NCBI GenBank assembly: GCA_951406725.2
Contig: CATOCA020000001.1
Location: 10,912,001 to 10,976,000 of the forward strand
Direction: 5' to 3'
Origin: Octopus vulgaris
Taxonomy: Eukaryota
Length of the DNA stretch: 64,000 nt
Shown: piece after piece, positions 1-12,585 of the stretch
Layout: every line of letters starts with the position of its first letter
Position numbering within the stretch: position 1 is the first letter of the stretch
The notes under the pieces: model-generated
Seen by the model: only the letters and a program-made list of their open reading frames with translations
The model's database searches: none
What the model was told of the DNA's origin: nothing
Program-made: the position numbers and the translations under genes

Positions 1-705
1 TATTATTATTGTTCTTAGAGCGAACTATACATTTATCAATTACATTATCTATTTTACAATTATATTATGCTATTATAATAATTATTTAATTTCTTATTAT
101 TTATAGAGGAAAGGATATCGCCTACATTTCTCAATGTTGAGTATTCAACTCTTATTGTTTTATTGGAAAATATATTTGAATAACTATTGTCCTTTTTAAA
201 AACCCTTTTTACTATTTTAAGTGTCTCCTTAATAATATTAGTCATAACCTGATCCCCGTATGGAAAAATTAACCATATAATATCTTTTTTATTTTTTATA
301 TTTTTATATTATCATTATTAGTAGATATCATGGGTATTAAATTGTCATTCTTAGGTATATTATATCTCTTTATGTATACTTTATTATATTTCTTACTATT
401 GCTCATATTTTCATTATCATTATTACTCTTATTATTATAATCATTATTAACAGCTATATTATTTTTATCTTTATTTAGTTTGTTATATTGTCTTTTATTA
501 TTATTATTCATATTTTTACTGTTAGATTTATTATTAGTTTTATTAGGAATACTTGTTATATTATTATTATTATAAATGGGTTCATAATAATTAAAGAATT
601 TTATATTAGAGTTGTATTCTGCTTCTTTTAATGCTTTATTATAAAATGGGGCATGTTTATTAAAAGTGTCATAATCTGAGGATAACATGGATATTCTTTA
701 ACTGA
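1..705 (-). mobile_element. Penelope-like retroelement fragment (RT C-terminus and linker towards the GIY-YIG domain), disrupted
   Basis: Minus strand reads RISMLSSDYDTFNKHAPFYNKALKEAEY, an Asn-rich linker, then IIWLIFPY..VMTNIIKETLKIVKRVFKKDNSYSNIFSNKTIRVEYSTLRNVGDILSSIN. This matches the Penelope/Poseidon pattern (FN..APxY..AL..SGY / IIWFNPPY..VKTN / IFN.NT...SYS..N). It runs off the window edge. Confidence 0.8.
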
Positions 706-1007
706 TTTCAGATATATATATATGCTTGTTCTTTCATCTTCACCCACTCCTGCAACCAACCCAACCCAACCCAACCCAACATCTTCCCTCTGTTGTTCTC
801 CTCCTGTTCAGCACCATCAGTTATCTTCTCCCCCTTGCACTCATCACACTTTGGCTCTAGCACTCTCATATAACCCCTCTGCAGCATGATACATGTTTCA
901 CTTTGGCCTCTTCTCTTATACATTTAGCCATCATTTGCCTCTCAACTTCTATCATAAAGTTGCACTCCCAAGGTTTTTTGTCTTGGAAACTATGTGACAG
1001 CCACACT

Positions 1008-1202
1008 AGTGCCTGTGTCAGGAAAAAAGGCACCCAGTACATGACGTAAAGTACTTAGTGTTAGGAAGGGCACCCAGTTATAGAAACTGTCCCAACTAGA
1101 CACTGGAGCACAATACCATCCTTGAGCCTATCAGATCCTGTCAAACCATCCAACTCATGTCAGTATGGTACATGGATGTTAAATGATGAAGATAATGATG
1201 AT
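1008..1202 (+). mobile_element. Degenerate RTE 3'UTR/tail fragment
   Basis: gttaggaagggcacccag..tagaaac, ccatccaactcatgtcagtatgg and a (GAT)n-like tail; diverged version of the RTE 3' end at 43440-43597. Confidence 0.6.
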
Positions 1203-1344
1203 ATAGGGACAGAAAGAGCATCTGGCAGTACAACAATGCTTTGATGATACTTATCTAAACTAGGCTAACATAGAAAAACAGATGTAAACGAAAGATCGTA
1301 TTTAGGGTTAGCCAAAAATCACCTGAATGTAAATCAAAACTATT

Positions 1345-1410
1345 GAATCGAACTCACTACCTCATGATTGTGAGCCTGACACTCTAACCACTGAGCAATG
1401 TACCTTCACA
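1345..1410 (-). mobile_element. tRNA-like SINE head fragment (family D)
   Basis: Near-identical to the head of the SINE at 4133-4193; A-box/B-box-like motifs on the minus strand. Confidence 0.55.
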
Positions 1411-1422
1411 GACATACACACA

Positions 1423-1458
<36 letters not shown>

Positions 1459-1460
<2 letters not shown>

Positions 1461-1880
1461 TGCAGGAGTGGCTGTGTGGTAAGTAGCTTGCTAACCAACC
1501 ACATGGTTCTGGGTTCAGTCCCACAGCGTGGCATCTTGGGCAAGTGTCTTCTGCTATAGCCCCGGGCCGACCAATGCCTTGTGAGTGGATTTGGTAGACG
1601 GAAACCGAAAGAAGCCTGTCGTATATATGTATATATATATATATAAGTGTGTGTGTATATGTTTGTGTGTCTGTGTTTGTCCCCCTAGCATTGCTTGACA
1701 ACCGATGCTGGTGTGTTTACGTCCCCGTCACTTAGCGGTTCGGCAAAAGAGACCGATAGAATAAGTACTGGGCTTACAAAGAATAAGTCCCGGGGTTGAT
1801 TTGCTCGACTAAAGGCGGTGCTCCAGCATGGCCGCAGTCAAATGACTGAAACAAGTAAAAGAGTAAAAAGAGTAAAAGAG
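1459..1880 (+). mobile_element. tRNA-derived SINE, family A, full length
   Basis: Head GG(C/T)GCAGGAGTGGCTGTGTGGTAAG (A box) and GGGTTCAGTCCC (B box), CTTGGGCAAGT, internal (TA/TG)n, tail (GTAAAAGA)n. At least 5 near-identical copies in the window. Confidence 0.9.
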
Positions 1881-1890
1881 TATATATATA

Positions 1891-2096
1891 TAGTTAATCC
1901 AAACATGAAAACACAGAGAGAAAACACAACAACGCGAGGATGTGGAACAAATATAGTATCATTGGACGCTGAGGAAGGAAAGGAAGAAGGAGGGTTTAAC
2001 ATTTCAAGTGGAGCTCTTTGTCAGAAACATAGGAAAAGGAAAGATCCAGAGAAGGGAAGACGGAGGAAAAAAAATCATGAACGGTACACACGCGGT

Positions 2097-2100
<4 letters not shown>
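1891..2100 (-). mobile_element. Short (~200 bp) HHR-motif element, probable Penelope-type terminal repeat, copy 1
   Basis: Homologous to 12836-13025 and 19575-19777; flanked by (TA)n; minus strand 1994-2028 reads gttt-CTGACAA-A-GAGC-tcc-ACTT-GAAA-TG-TT-aaac. Confidence 0.6.
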
Positions 2101-2139
<39 letters not shown>

Positions 2140-2140
<1 letters not shown>

Positions 2141-2297
2141 TTAATTAGAGATAAAACCACTATTAGGCAAATCAAACAATGAAAAACATTAGCCAATACA
2201 TAAAATTAATTAATTTATATTATTTTAAATATATATCAAAAGTATTAAAAGTTTAATAAAAGATAAAGTGTAAAACACTACGATCGTTTCATGAACA
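2140..2297 (-). mobile_element. Truncated Penelope-like 3' end with the 3' half of an HHR
   Basis: Minus strand cat-GAAA-CGATCG-TA-gtg, the same layout as the HHR at 33726-33828; AT-rich and abutting (TA)n. Confidence 0.5.
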
Positions 2298-2634
2298 ATG
2301 GTCACAGCTGCAACCCTTTGACTATGTGTGTGCTGGATCAGAGCTGAATTAGAGATAAGCAACAATAACTACTAACACCACCACTACCATCACCATCATT
2401 ATATGACTATTACCATTACCACCACCACCACCATCACCACCACTATAACACCAGAAAGAAATAGGCAAATATTGCAACAGAACATAAAGAAAAATCACAG
2501 CAGAATTTTTTAAAAAAAAACAGAGAAAAAAACACAGAAGATGAGGTTAAATACTTCAAAGAAAAATGGTTCCTTCTGTTATTCACCAATTTATACATAC
2601 ATATACATACACACTCCACACACACACACATACG

Positions 2635-2682
<48 letters not shown>

Positions 2683-3719
2683 ATGATATTGGCAATAATT
2701 TTAATTTACAGAAGTAATCAGGAAAAATCTAAACTTCAAACTACTGTAAAAATATTTATAAAACAAGATAAGTTTTGTGTGTGCCATGAGGGAGAGGTGA
2801 GATGTTATGTTTCTTCAGGCAATGCAATGTTTCAAGTAGGGAAGAGCAAGGTTAAACAAAAATAAAGAGGAAAAAAAAACCCCAAAAAATTCTTTATCAG
2901 TCATACTTCCACCACCACGCCACCACCATCAATCACCACCACAACTATATGTACTAGCATACCATAAACTCCATCATATCCACCCTCACAAGTGCTACCA
3001 ATAAAACAAACACTGCTACCAACTTAACTGCTATGACATTCACCACAGCTAGTATTCTACTACTACTACTACTACTACTACTAGTACTATGATCAATTCT
3101 TTTATGCTAAATCTTCAAAATTAATAAATTCCTTGCTCATGTGTTAGCACACTAGCAGAAGAGCTGTGGTGGCACCTGAGTTGAGATTGTTGTCAGATGA
3201 AAGAAGTGCCGATGACTTAAGTACTTTACTGAGTTTTAAAAGCTTCGTTAAGGTGTGACTAATTCCTTGACTATTGTTAATGGGATTATGCCAAAATATG
3301 CTATTGCTTCGTTAAGTAATCTCATTTGTTTCTTCACCATAAACATTGCAGCACTCAGCAAGCATTTTACTTCTATTTCCATTTTCTTTTTCTTTCTATC
3401 TTAATTATTTGATGTTGATATTCCAGAATAAAAAATGGAATGTAAGAATCAGAATATTGCCCATAGTCTTTTATCCTCCCCCTGCTTCACCATCATTTAA
3501 CATCCACTTTTCTATGCTTGCATGGGTCAGATTGAATTTGGTGAGGCAGACTTTTATAAGACTGGACGCCCTTCCTGTTTTCAATCATCATTTGTTTCCA
3601 AGTAAGGTAATATTTAATTTTGGAAGAAGTCAGAAAACAAACAACCTTTGAATAATGGTGATGCTCATTTGCAATCATCACATAACATCAATACATGTGG
3701 AAACACACACACACACACA

Positions 3720-3835
3720 CCTTTACAATGGACTGCTTTCAGGTTCTGTCAATGAAACCCACTCACAGGGCTGTGGTCAGCCTAGAACTATAAGCAGAAG
3801 ACACATGACCAAGGTACCACACAGTGGTACTCTAC
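3720..3835 (-). mobile_element. Degenerate SINE family A fragment
   Basis: ccactcacagggctgtggtcagcctagaactataagcagaagacacatgaccaaggtaccacacagtgg aligns to the family A reverse complement. Confidence 0.6.
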
Positions 3836-3874
3836 GCAAGACCACACGCGTGTGTTTAAATGTAAAAAAAAAAA

Positions 3875-4193
3875 AAGGCAAAGACCCCCTTCGGTCATGA
3901 ATGACCATGGGATTGCACCTAGAGAGTTACCCTCTGAGGCACAAGTCTGAGCAAGGTTGTTTATGGAAGACCAGCAGTCACCCATGCACACCACCCTCCC
4001 TGCTCCATGCCACAGATGTTAGCAAAAGCAAAGGCAAAGGCCGATACAGTTTGGCACCAGTGATGGTTAAACTGGAGTGATATGAAATAAAGTGGTTTGC
4101 TCAAGAACACAATACACAGCGCAATATGGGATTCGAACTCACTACCTCATGATTGTAAGCCCAATGCTCTAACCACTGAGCAATGACAATTCA
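3875..4193 (-). mobile_element. tRNA-derived SINE, family D (CORE-like central block)
   Basis: Reverse-complement homologue of 16280-16627; tRNA head, gtgttcttgagcaa..cactttatttca block, 3' end ggtcattcatgaccgaagggggtcttt. Confidence 0.8.
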
Positions 4194-4429
4194 AGTAATC
4201 CTTGGCAGGATTTGAGCTCAGAACACAAAGCAGTAGAACAAGTAGCACAAGTACCATGTTCTATTTAATGTTACAATGACTTCCTATGTTGAGTCTCCTC
4301 CTAGGCTGGTACTTTATTTATCGACCCAAGAAGGATGAAACATAAAGCTGACCTAGTTGGGGCTTGAACTCAGAGCGCAAGAAGCCAAAATAGATGCTGC
4401 GAGATATTTTCATCCAGTCATCTAAGGAC

Positions 4430-4810
4430 TATGTGTATGTGTGTGTGTGAGAGAGTGTGTGTGAATGTGTGCATGTGTGTGTGTGTGTGTGTGTGTGTGC
4501 AAGCATACATGTGGTTGTGAGTGTGTGAGAGCACAAGCATGTGTGTGTGTGCACACATGCATGTGTTCCAGCAGACATGCGAGTGAGCACATGCATGTGT
4601 GTGTGTGCATGTGCACAAGTGTGTGTGAGTGCCCATGTGCATGTGTGGGGGCATGTGCATGTGTGTGTGTGCACGCATATGTGTGTGTGTGCATGTGAGT
4701 GTACATGAGTGTGTGTGTGAGAACATGTGCATATGAGCATGCATTTAAGCATATGTGAATGCACATGAGTGTGTGTGTGCATGCTTGAATGTGTGTGCAT
4801 GTGTGTGGTG
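4430..4810. repeat. Degenerate (TG)n/(TGCA)n microsatellite
   Basis: Direct inspection; source of the His/Thr- and Cys/Val-rich pseudo-ORFs. Confidence 0.95.
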
Positions 4811-6035
4811 GCATTTTTATTGTTTAGCTCCAAGTCAATTCTGATCGGTAACACTATGATCAAAGGCATTCCAGCAGTGACCATCTTCAGTTCATTGTTT
4901 CTTAAAACTACATTATCTTCTATTTTCTCCATGCTTTAAAGTGGTTGAGTGTAATTTAAGATAGATTTAGCTGCTATTTGTAGGAGGGCAGACAACCATA
5001 TAGAGGCATGCTTTTCATTGTGATACTTGAATGTATAAAAGGAAAGGAACTCTCTAAAGGGAATCTTCTCAAAAAATCATGTCCCTTTAGGGGGACATAA
5101 TTATTTTTAACTTTACCCACTGAAATAAATAGGGACCAACTGGTAAAATAATTACCTGATTAAGTACTGGGGTGAACTGATGTAATTGACTAAAACCCTT
5201 AAAGATAGTATTCCCAACATAATCATAGTTCAATGAATGAAGCTAGCAAAAGAATGAAAGAATTTAATTAAATAAGCATAATTAATATATGATACATAAA
5301 ACAGTTAAAAAAGATCTCTGCGCTATTCAAAATCATAATCTCAACACACTGATAGCTGGATCTCTCTGGAACAGCCTCCATACCCAGGTATTCTCATCTA
5401 CCCACCAACTTTCAATAATTCAAACTAAGCATTAACCACACACAGTTATCTCTGTACATTTTCTTAGTTAATCCATAGAGCTGCTGTTTATCTTGGGTTT
5501 ATGTAGAATTAAGTAGCATAAGTCCCTCCATCTTTCTTCCCTACCCACCATCTTTCATCCATTGGATAGTATGATAGTATGTGTGTCTATCTTTTTGAAC
5601 TTTCTCCTTTTTCTTGTTTTTGTTCGTTTTTCTTTTACACTTGATGAAATTATAGAAAGCTCCCCAAATACATTACTAACAAATACTACATAGTGCAGAT
5701 ACAAATCCTCTATCGCTACCGATAACTCTTTCTCTCTCACTTCACATCAAAGATCTCATTAAAAATTAAAAATATATGTATATATATAATCCCAAGAACT
5801 TTCAAAAGAAAGCCTATATATTTATTATACACACACACACACACATACACATGATATATACCATATGATATATATATATGTATGTATGTATATATATGTA
5901 AATATATATATATATTCATAGATATATATAAATATAAATACATATATATATATATGTATATGCATGTGTGTGTATGGGAGGAGAGAGAGAGAGAGAGATT
6001 CATAATTGTAAATGTGTATGTATATATGTGTGTGT

Positions 6036-6074
<39 letters not shown>

Positions 6075-6732
6075 GATATATTCACAATTATATATGTGTG
6101 TGTGTGTGTGTGCGTGCATGTGTGTGACTTAGATCATAATGATGATGTGTGCGTGTATGTGTGTGTATGTGTGTGTGCACAGTTATATATATGTATGTGT
6201 GTGAGTGTGTGTGTATGAATAAATGTAAGTGTACTAAAGAACGATTCTCTCCATTCAGCCAGAAATTTGTGAAGCCTTACAACCGTGCGTTCAATGGTTC
6301 CGGAATGTCTCTAACCTGGGAGTGGATTGGCAGGGATTTTTCTAACCCGGATCTTAATTTGGGTCGAGAAACCTGACTGATGAGAATGAACATATCTATA
6401 GCTTTCAATTTTTAATGTGTCTATTATTAATATGGGTGAGGGTGGAAATGGTAGAGAAACAACCTGGAGAAATATTGAATTGTTTGTGCTGGTTGGCAAG
6501 CCTGGCTTATTGTATAATTGAAGGAGAGAGAAGAAAGAGGGCGGAAAAGGATTTCTGGTTGTTTTATTACCATGTCTATTAGTTAAAAATTATTATTACA
6601 ACTGAATGAAATGGTTTCATTGCTGTTTAGTGGCTCTCCACCCTTCCCAAGTGATTGGTACTATCATTGGTGTTACTGATGCAACAGGAAATGTTGGCAT
6701 CAACTACAAGTCTCTCGGCTTACCAGCAAAAT

Positions 6733-7010
6733 CACCACCACCACCACCACCACCACCACCAATTCCAGTAAAATCACCCCCACTAACACTGCCGAATGCC
6801 ACTGTCATCACTAAGAATGCCTTAGTGACCATCACTAACAACGCCACTGTCACCATCGCTAGTTATTCCACTACACAAACCTGCCACCACCACCACCACC
6901 ATCATCACTCCCAGTAACACCACCACCATCACTGTCAATGCCCCCACCACCACCACCACCACCACCACCACCACTACCATCTCTACCATAGCTACTACAC
7001 AATCACCATA
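6733..7010. repeat. (CAC)n-rich trinucleotide low-complexity tract
   Basis: Direct inspection. Confidence 0.9.
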
Positions 7011-7140
7011 CAATGCCCCATCAACCCCGTACTAAGCAACCTGCACACTATAATAACACTAGACTACAACTTTGCTGCACTGTACCCACACTACATCACT
7101 TCATATGCTACAACACAAACATGATTTATAACACCAACAT

Positions 7141-7523
7141 CGTGGCACTCCGTCGGTTATGACGATGCGAGTTCCAATTGATCCAAACAACGGAACAACC
7201 TGCTCGTGAAATTAACGTTTAAGTGGCTGAGCACTCCACAGACAAATGTACCCTTAACGTAGTTCTCGGGGATATTCAGCATGACACAGAATGTGACAAG
7301 GCTGGCCCCTTTGAAATACAGGTACAAGAGAAAGAGGAAGAAGGAGTGAGAGAAAGTTATGGTGGAAGAGTACAGTAGGGTTCGCCACCCTCCACTCCAG
7401 AGCCACGTGGAGCTTTAGGTGTTTTCACTCAATAAACACCCACAACACCTGGTCTGGGAATCGAAACCATGATCCCACAACTGTGTGTCCGCTGCCCTAA
7501 CCACTGGGTCATTGCGCATCCAC
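7141..7523 (-). mobile_element. tRNA-derived SINE, family C, full length with target-site duplication (TSD)
   Basis: Minus head gcgcaatgacccagtggttagggcagcggac..ggtttcgattcccagacc (A/B boxes); homologous to 15980-16283; flanked by AACACCAACAT (7130-7140) and AACACCAGCAT (7524-7534). Confidence 0.88.
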
Positions 7524-8046
7524 AACACCAGCATACATTAGAGGATCGTCACACTAATATGCAAGCATACTACAGCTCTACAGCAGACTACAGCAAAACA
7601 CATACATACTAAAACACAATTACACACACACAACACTATCCCATACTATAGCTTCATACTGCAGTGCAGTAGCATAGCCTAGGGTATGCAGAATGTGTAG
7701 TCCACAGAAGGCATCCACTTTGAATGGGGGTGGCAGACAAATATTGGAGGCATGTTACATTTCAAGATAGGGGTGGCTAATTTGGCTATTACAAAGGAAA
7801 GGGTGTTCAAAACACATGCTATGACACTGCCGCAACCATACAACATCACATGCCATAATAACATCATGGGCAAGCCAATGAGCAAGCTTGCACATGGTGG
7901 CTTGGTTTGCTAAAAATAGCAACCAAGTTTCCCTCAAGTCTTTAAAAAGAACATATTGAATGGATAATGTGATATTTGAGTTCCGTGCATAAAGAAAAAA
8001 GTCTGGATAGTCATATCTGGAACCCCATTAATCATAGGTCTGATTG

Positions 8047-8700
8047 ATCCATCACCATCACCACCACCACCACCACCACAACACCAGCAATATCATCACC
8101 ATTAAAACTACTACCACTACAACAACAACAACAACACCATCACAAACATCACCACTAACACCACCACCACCACCACAACACCAACACCACCACCACCACC
8201 ACCACCACCACCACCACCACAACACCAGCAATATCATCACCATTAAAACTACTACCACTACAACAACAACACCATCACAAACATCACCACTAACACCAAC
8301 ACCACCACCACCACCACCACAACACCAGCAATATCATCACCATTAAAACTACTACCACTACAACAACAACACCACCACCAACACCAACACCACCACCACC
8401 ACCACCACCACCACAACACCAGCAATATCATCACCATTAAAACTACTACCACTACAACAACATAATCATCACAAACATCACCACCAACACCACCACCACC
8501 ACCACCACCACCACCACCACCAACACCACCACCACCAACACCACCACCACCACCACCACAACAACAACAACACCAACACCACTACCACCACCACCAACAC
8601 CAACACCACCACCACCACCACCAACACCAACACCAACACCACCACCACCAACACCACCACCGACACCACCACCACCACCAACACCAACACCACCACCATA
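8047..8700. repeat. (CAC/CAA)n tract with a higher-order repeated block
   Basis: acaacaccagcaatatcatcaccattaaaactactaccactacaacaaca recurs four times among CAC runs. Confidence 0.9.
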
Positions 8701-8804
8701 GCTATCATACCGCAACACTGCCATTTTACAAACTCTTCACTTCTTGAACAGGGCTGACTTGGGGTCAACCCGGAGACAGACGCCGATCAAATTTTATGCA
8801 TAGA

Positions 8805-8965
8805 TCATCAGTGAAGGTATCTGTGACATAGTTCTGCTGAACAGACAAGTGACTATTGATGGAGTAGAAAATGTTATTGAAATTAGCCAAGGCTCCGTCT
8901 ACAAAATCCTAAACTGCTGTCTTAGCTTTGATAGAGTTTTCTGCAAGATGGATCTCAAAACAACA
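8805..8965 (+). pseudogene. Mariner transposase relic (HTH to WVP motif)
   Basis: DIVLLNRQVTIDGVENVIEISQGSVYKILNCCLSFDRV, then a frameshift to SARWISKQ; compare the mariner pattern ..NRRVT..EIA....IS.GSV..I....LG..K..ARWVPK. Confidence 0.7.
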
Positions 8966-9284
8966 ACAGTAACAGAAACACCATATATTATGCAACTATG
9001 CAACATGACTATATTATAACAACACAGATACTACGTGAGTCAAGGGACTTCTATATTATCACTCTCAGCTTGTCGCTTGATCTGCTAGAAAGAGTAAGAA
9101 ATGGTAGCCAAATATCTCTCTCAAATCAGAGCATCAGATTCTTTAAGAAAGCTAGGAACAATGAACATATTGGGTGATGTAGTCCTAGATATATTAAGTC
9201 AGGATAAAAGATAAGATGATTTTGGGACCTGCTTGATCAGGAGTGATCTGGTCCTGCACAACAAAAACAACAACAACAGAATTG

Positions 9285-9465
9285 TCATAATTATCATTAT
9301 CATCAATATCATCATCATCATCATCATTATCATCATCATCATCATCATCATCGCCGTCGTTGTTGTCATCGTTGTCGTCGTCATCCTTATTACCATTGTC
9401 ATCGCCGTTGTAGTTGTCATCATCATCATCATCACTATTGTCATCGTCGTCATCATGATCATGGT
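9285..9465. repeat. (CAT)n/(CGT)n trinucleotide tract
   Basis: Direct inspection. Confidence 0.9.
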
Positions 9466-9715
9466 ACTGCATTGAAGGGGTTTTATATTTATATATATAT
9501 GTGTGTGTGTGTGTATGTATGTATTACAGTTGGTCGTATCAACCCCAATATTTACTTTAATTTTGGTACTTATTCTACAGGTATCTACACAACTACACAA
9601 CTACTTTTTTTGCCAAAAACAGAGTCCAATAGAGAATGCAAGCCAACCTACACCTGTTATCAAATGATAAGAAGCACACACATGCATGCACAGACACACT
9701 CACACACACATATAA

Positions 9716-9918
9716 ATGAGAAGTTGTTGAAAAGTTCCTGGATTTTGGTAAAAGAAGATACAGTTAAGATTTTACTCAACATATTCCCTTCTCACATTCA
9801 CACACTTTTTGCAGCGGTCCTTCAGTTTTTCTAAGTCCTGTAAAAGAACTCAGAATGTTGGGCCTCCAATCAGGCCTTTCATGATACCTTTAAAGCCAGG
9901 AACTTTTAGCACCCCCTG
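9716..9918. mobile_element. Mariner-type MITE
   Basis: Imperfect terminal inverted repeats (TIRs) gttgttgaaaagttcctggattt and aaagccaggaacttttagcacc; no ORF. Confidence 0.65.
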
Positions 9919-10560
9919 TGTGTGTGTGTATATATATATATATGTGTGTGCACCCACACACACATATATATTTGCATGTATGCATGTATGTATGTATGTA
10001 TGCATGCATAAATGAGAGACTTCGGTACAGCTTCTGTCAGACAAGTTCACCCTCAAGGTATCAGTAGATCTGGAGCTAAAGTATAGGCCACTTGCACAAG
10101 GTACTAAACACATTTATGTGTTGTTCACCCTGTTAGAAACAGCAACAAAATCTTCCTTCAGTTATACCCTACCGTCTTAAAAATGGATAATAGGTTTCTG
10201 AGTTCCCAAGGAGAAAAGAAGAAGGATCACCAATGATCCTTTGGAGAGCTTCCGAGTAATGAGAAGGAGGGAGAGAAGGAAGGGAAGAGGAGGGAGGATG
10301 TACCCACGACCAAAGACGCAAAAACAACATTTGCAGTAGAGCAGACTCTTCCTTGTCTTTCTCATTTGGAAAGCCATGATTGGAATGCCTTGGGTCATGA
10401 GTTTCTTGAGCTAAATAGCAATAACATGAACTACACAACTACACAATTCACACAACATGCAATGAACACACATGCAGTATATATCATCATCATCATCGTT
10501 TAACGTCCGCTTTCCATGCTAGCATGGGTTGGACCTATATATATATATGTGTGTGTGTGT

Positions 10561-12015
10561 ACCTGGCTTTCGTTGGCATGGAGAAAGCCTTTGACAGGGT
10601 CCCTTAATCCCTTTTCTGGTGGTCAATGAGGAAACTAGGGATAGATGAATGGTTAGTGAGAGCTGTGTGAGCCATGTACAGGGACACTGCTAATAAGGTG
10701 AGGGTTGGCAACGAGCACAGTGAATAATTCCGGGTAGAGGTAGGGGTCCACCAAGGCTCAGTCCTCAGCCCCCTCCTATTTATCATAGTCCTCCAGGCAA
10801 TAACGGAAGAATTCAAGACAGGATGCCCTTGGGAGCTCCTCTATGCTGATGACCTTGCTCTAATTGCTGAGTCTCTATCAGAACTGGAGGAGAAGTTTCA
10901 GGTGTGGAAGCAAGGATTAGAATCGAAGGGCCTTAGAATCAACCTAGCCAAAACCAAAGTCCTAATAAGTAGGAAGGTAGACAAATCACAAACGCCTTCA
11001 GGTAGATGGCCCTGCTCGATCTGTAGAAAAGGTGTAGGTAGAAACTCTATAAGATGCACCAAGTGTAAGCTATGGACACATAAGAGGTGCAGCAATGTCA
11101 AAGGAAGGCTAACTGGGAAGATGGTTTTTGTATGTGGCAGATGCTCAGGAACAATAAACACTGAAAATGCTCTGAGACCAACTTCCGTCACTTTCCAGGG
11201 AGAAAAACTAGAAATAGTTGATAGTTTCCGTTACCTAGGTGACCAAGTCAGCAGCGGGGTTGGGTGTGCTGAAAGTGTAACTGCTAGAGTAAGAATAGCT
11301 TGGGCAAAGTTCAGAGAGCTCTTACCTCTGCTGGTGACAAAAGGCCTCTCGCACAGAGTAAAAGGCAGACTGTATGATGCATATGTACGAACAGCCATGC
11401 TACATGGCAGTGAAACATGGGCCGTGACTGCTGAGGATATGCGTAAGCTCGCTAGAAATGAAGCCAGTATGCTCCGATGGATGTGTAATGTCAGTGTTCA
11501 TACTCGGCAGAGTGTAAGTACCTTGAGAGAAAAGTTGGACCTAAGCAGCATCAGTTGTGGTGTGCGAGAGAGACGTTTGCACTGGTATGGTCATGTGGCA
11601 AGAATGGATGAAGATAGTTGTGTGAAAAAGTGCCACACCCTAGCGGTTGAGGGAACCTGTGGAAGAGGTAGACTCAGGAAAACCTGGGACGAGGTGGTGA
11701 AGCACGACCTTCGAACATTAGGTCTCACCGAGGAGATGACTAGTGACCGAGACCTATGGAAGTATGCTGTGCATGAGAAGACCCGGCAGGACAAGTGAGA
11801 CCATAACCCGTGGCCTCTACCTGGGATGTAGCCAGTCCACTTGTGCATGCCTTTCCTTCTTGGGACACAAAACTCTACTTGTGAGGACCTGTTGAGGCAA
11901 GTGAAAATCGAAATTGATCAACATAAATGGAAATTGTATTTGTGATACCAGTGCCAGTGGCATGTAAGAGAACCATCTGAACGTGGCTGTTGCCAGCCCC
12001 CCCCCCCCCCCCGAC
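10561..12015 (+). mobile_element. RTE-clade LINE (PHD-RT family), 5'-truncated, 3' tail missing
   Basis: RT motifs (EKAFDRVP, GVHQGSVLSPLLF, YADD, FRYLG, HGSETW, WYGHV), ORF 10902-11798 with PHD finger at 11013-11144; several stops/frameshifts upstream; ends at a poly-C run. Confidence 0.95.
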
Positions 12016-12154
12016 TAGATATGAGATGTTTTGGCACAGCTGTTTTGGTACTGCCCATATTACATCACTAATTCAATACTGGCTTATTTGACATCAGACC
12101 TTTTAATGTCCCCCATTCTGTCTCTCTTTCTCTTTGTGTGTGTGTATATATATA

Positions 12155-12536
12155 CTCTTTGACTCTTTTACTTGTTTCAGTCATTTGACTGCGGCCATGC
12201 TGGAGCACCACCTTTAGTCGAGCAAATCGACCCCGGGACTTATTCTTTGTAAGCCCAGTACTTATTCTATCGGTCTCTTTTGCCGAACCGCTAAGTGACG
12301 GGAACGTAAACACACCAGCATCGAGGGGACAAACACAGACACACACACTTATATATATATATATATACATATATACGGCAGGCTTCTTTCAGTTTCCGTC
12401 TACCAAATCCACTCACAAGGCATTGGTCGACCCGGGGCTATAGCAGAAGACACTTGCTCAAGATGCCATGCAGTGGGACTGAACCCAGAACCATGTGGTT
12501 GGTTAGCAAGCTACTTACCACACAGCCACTCCTGCG

Positions 12537-12538
<2 letters not shown>
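12155..12538 (-). mobile_element. SINE family A, full length
   Basis: Reverse complement of 1459-1880. Confidence 0.9.

Positions 12539-12575
<37 letters not shown>

Positions 12576-12585
<10 letters not shown>

Noticed and set aside
1459-1535. tRNA genes at SINE heads (also 7450-7523 and 16210-16350)
   Set aside because: A/B boxes are present but there is no complete cloverleaf or acceptor stem, and each continues into a repeated SINE body.
8044-9600. Poly-His/Pro/Thr, poly-Gly/Val and poly-Asp ORFs (also 6606-7013 and 14027-14411)
   Set aside because: Trinucleotide repeats open in multiple frames on both strands, with no splice or homology support.
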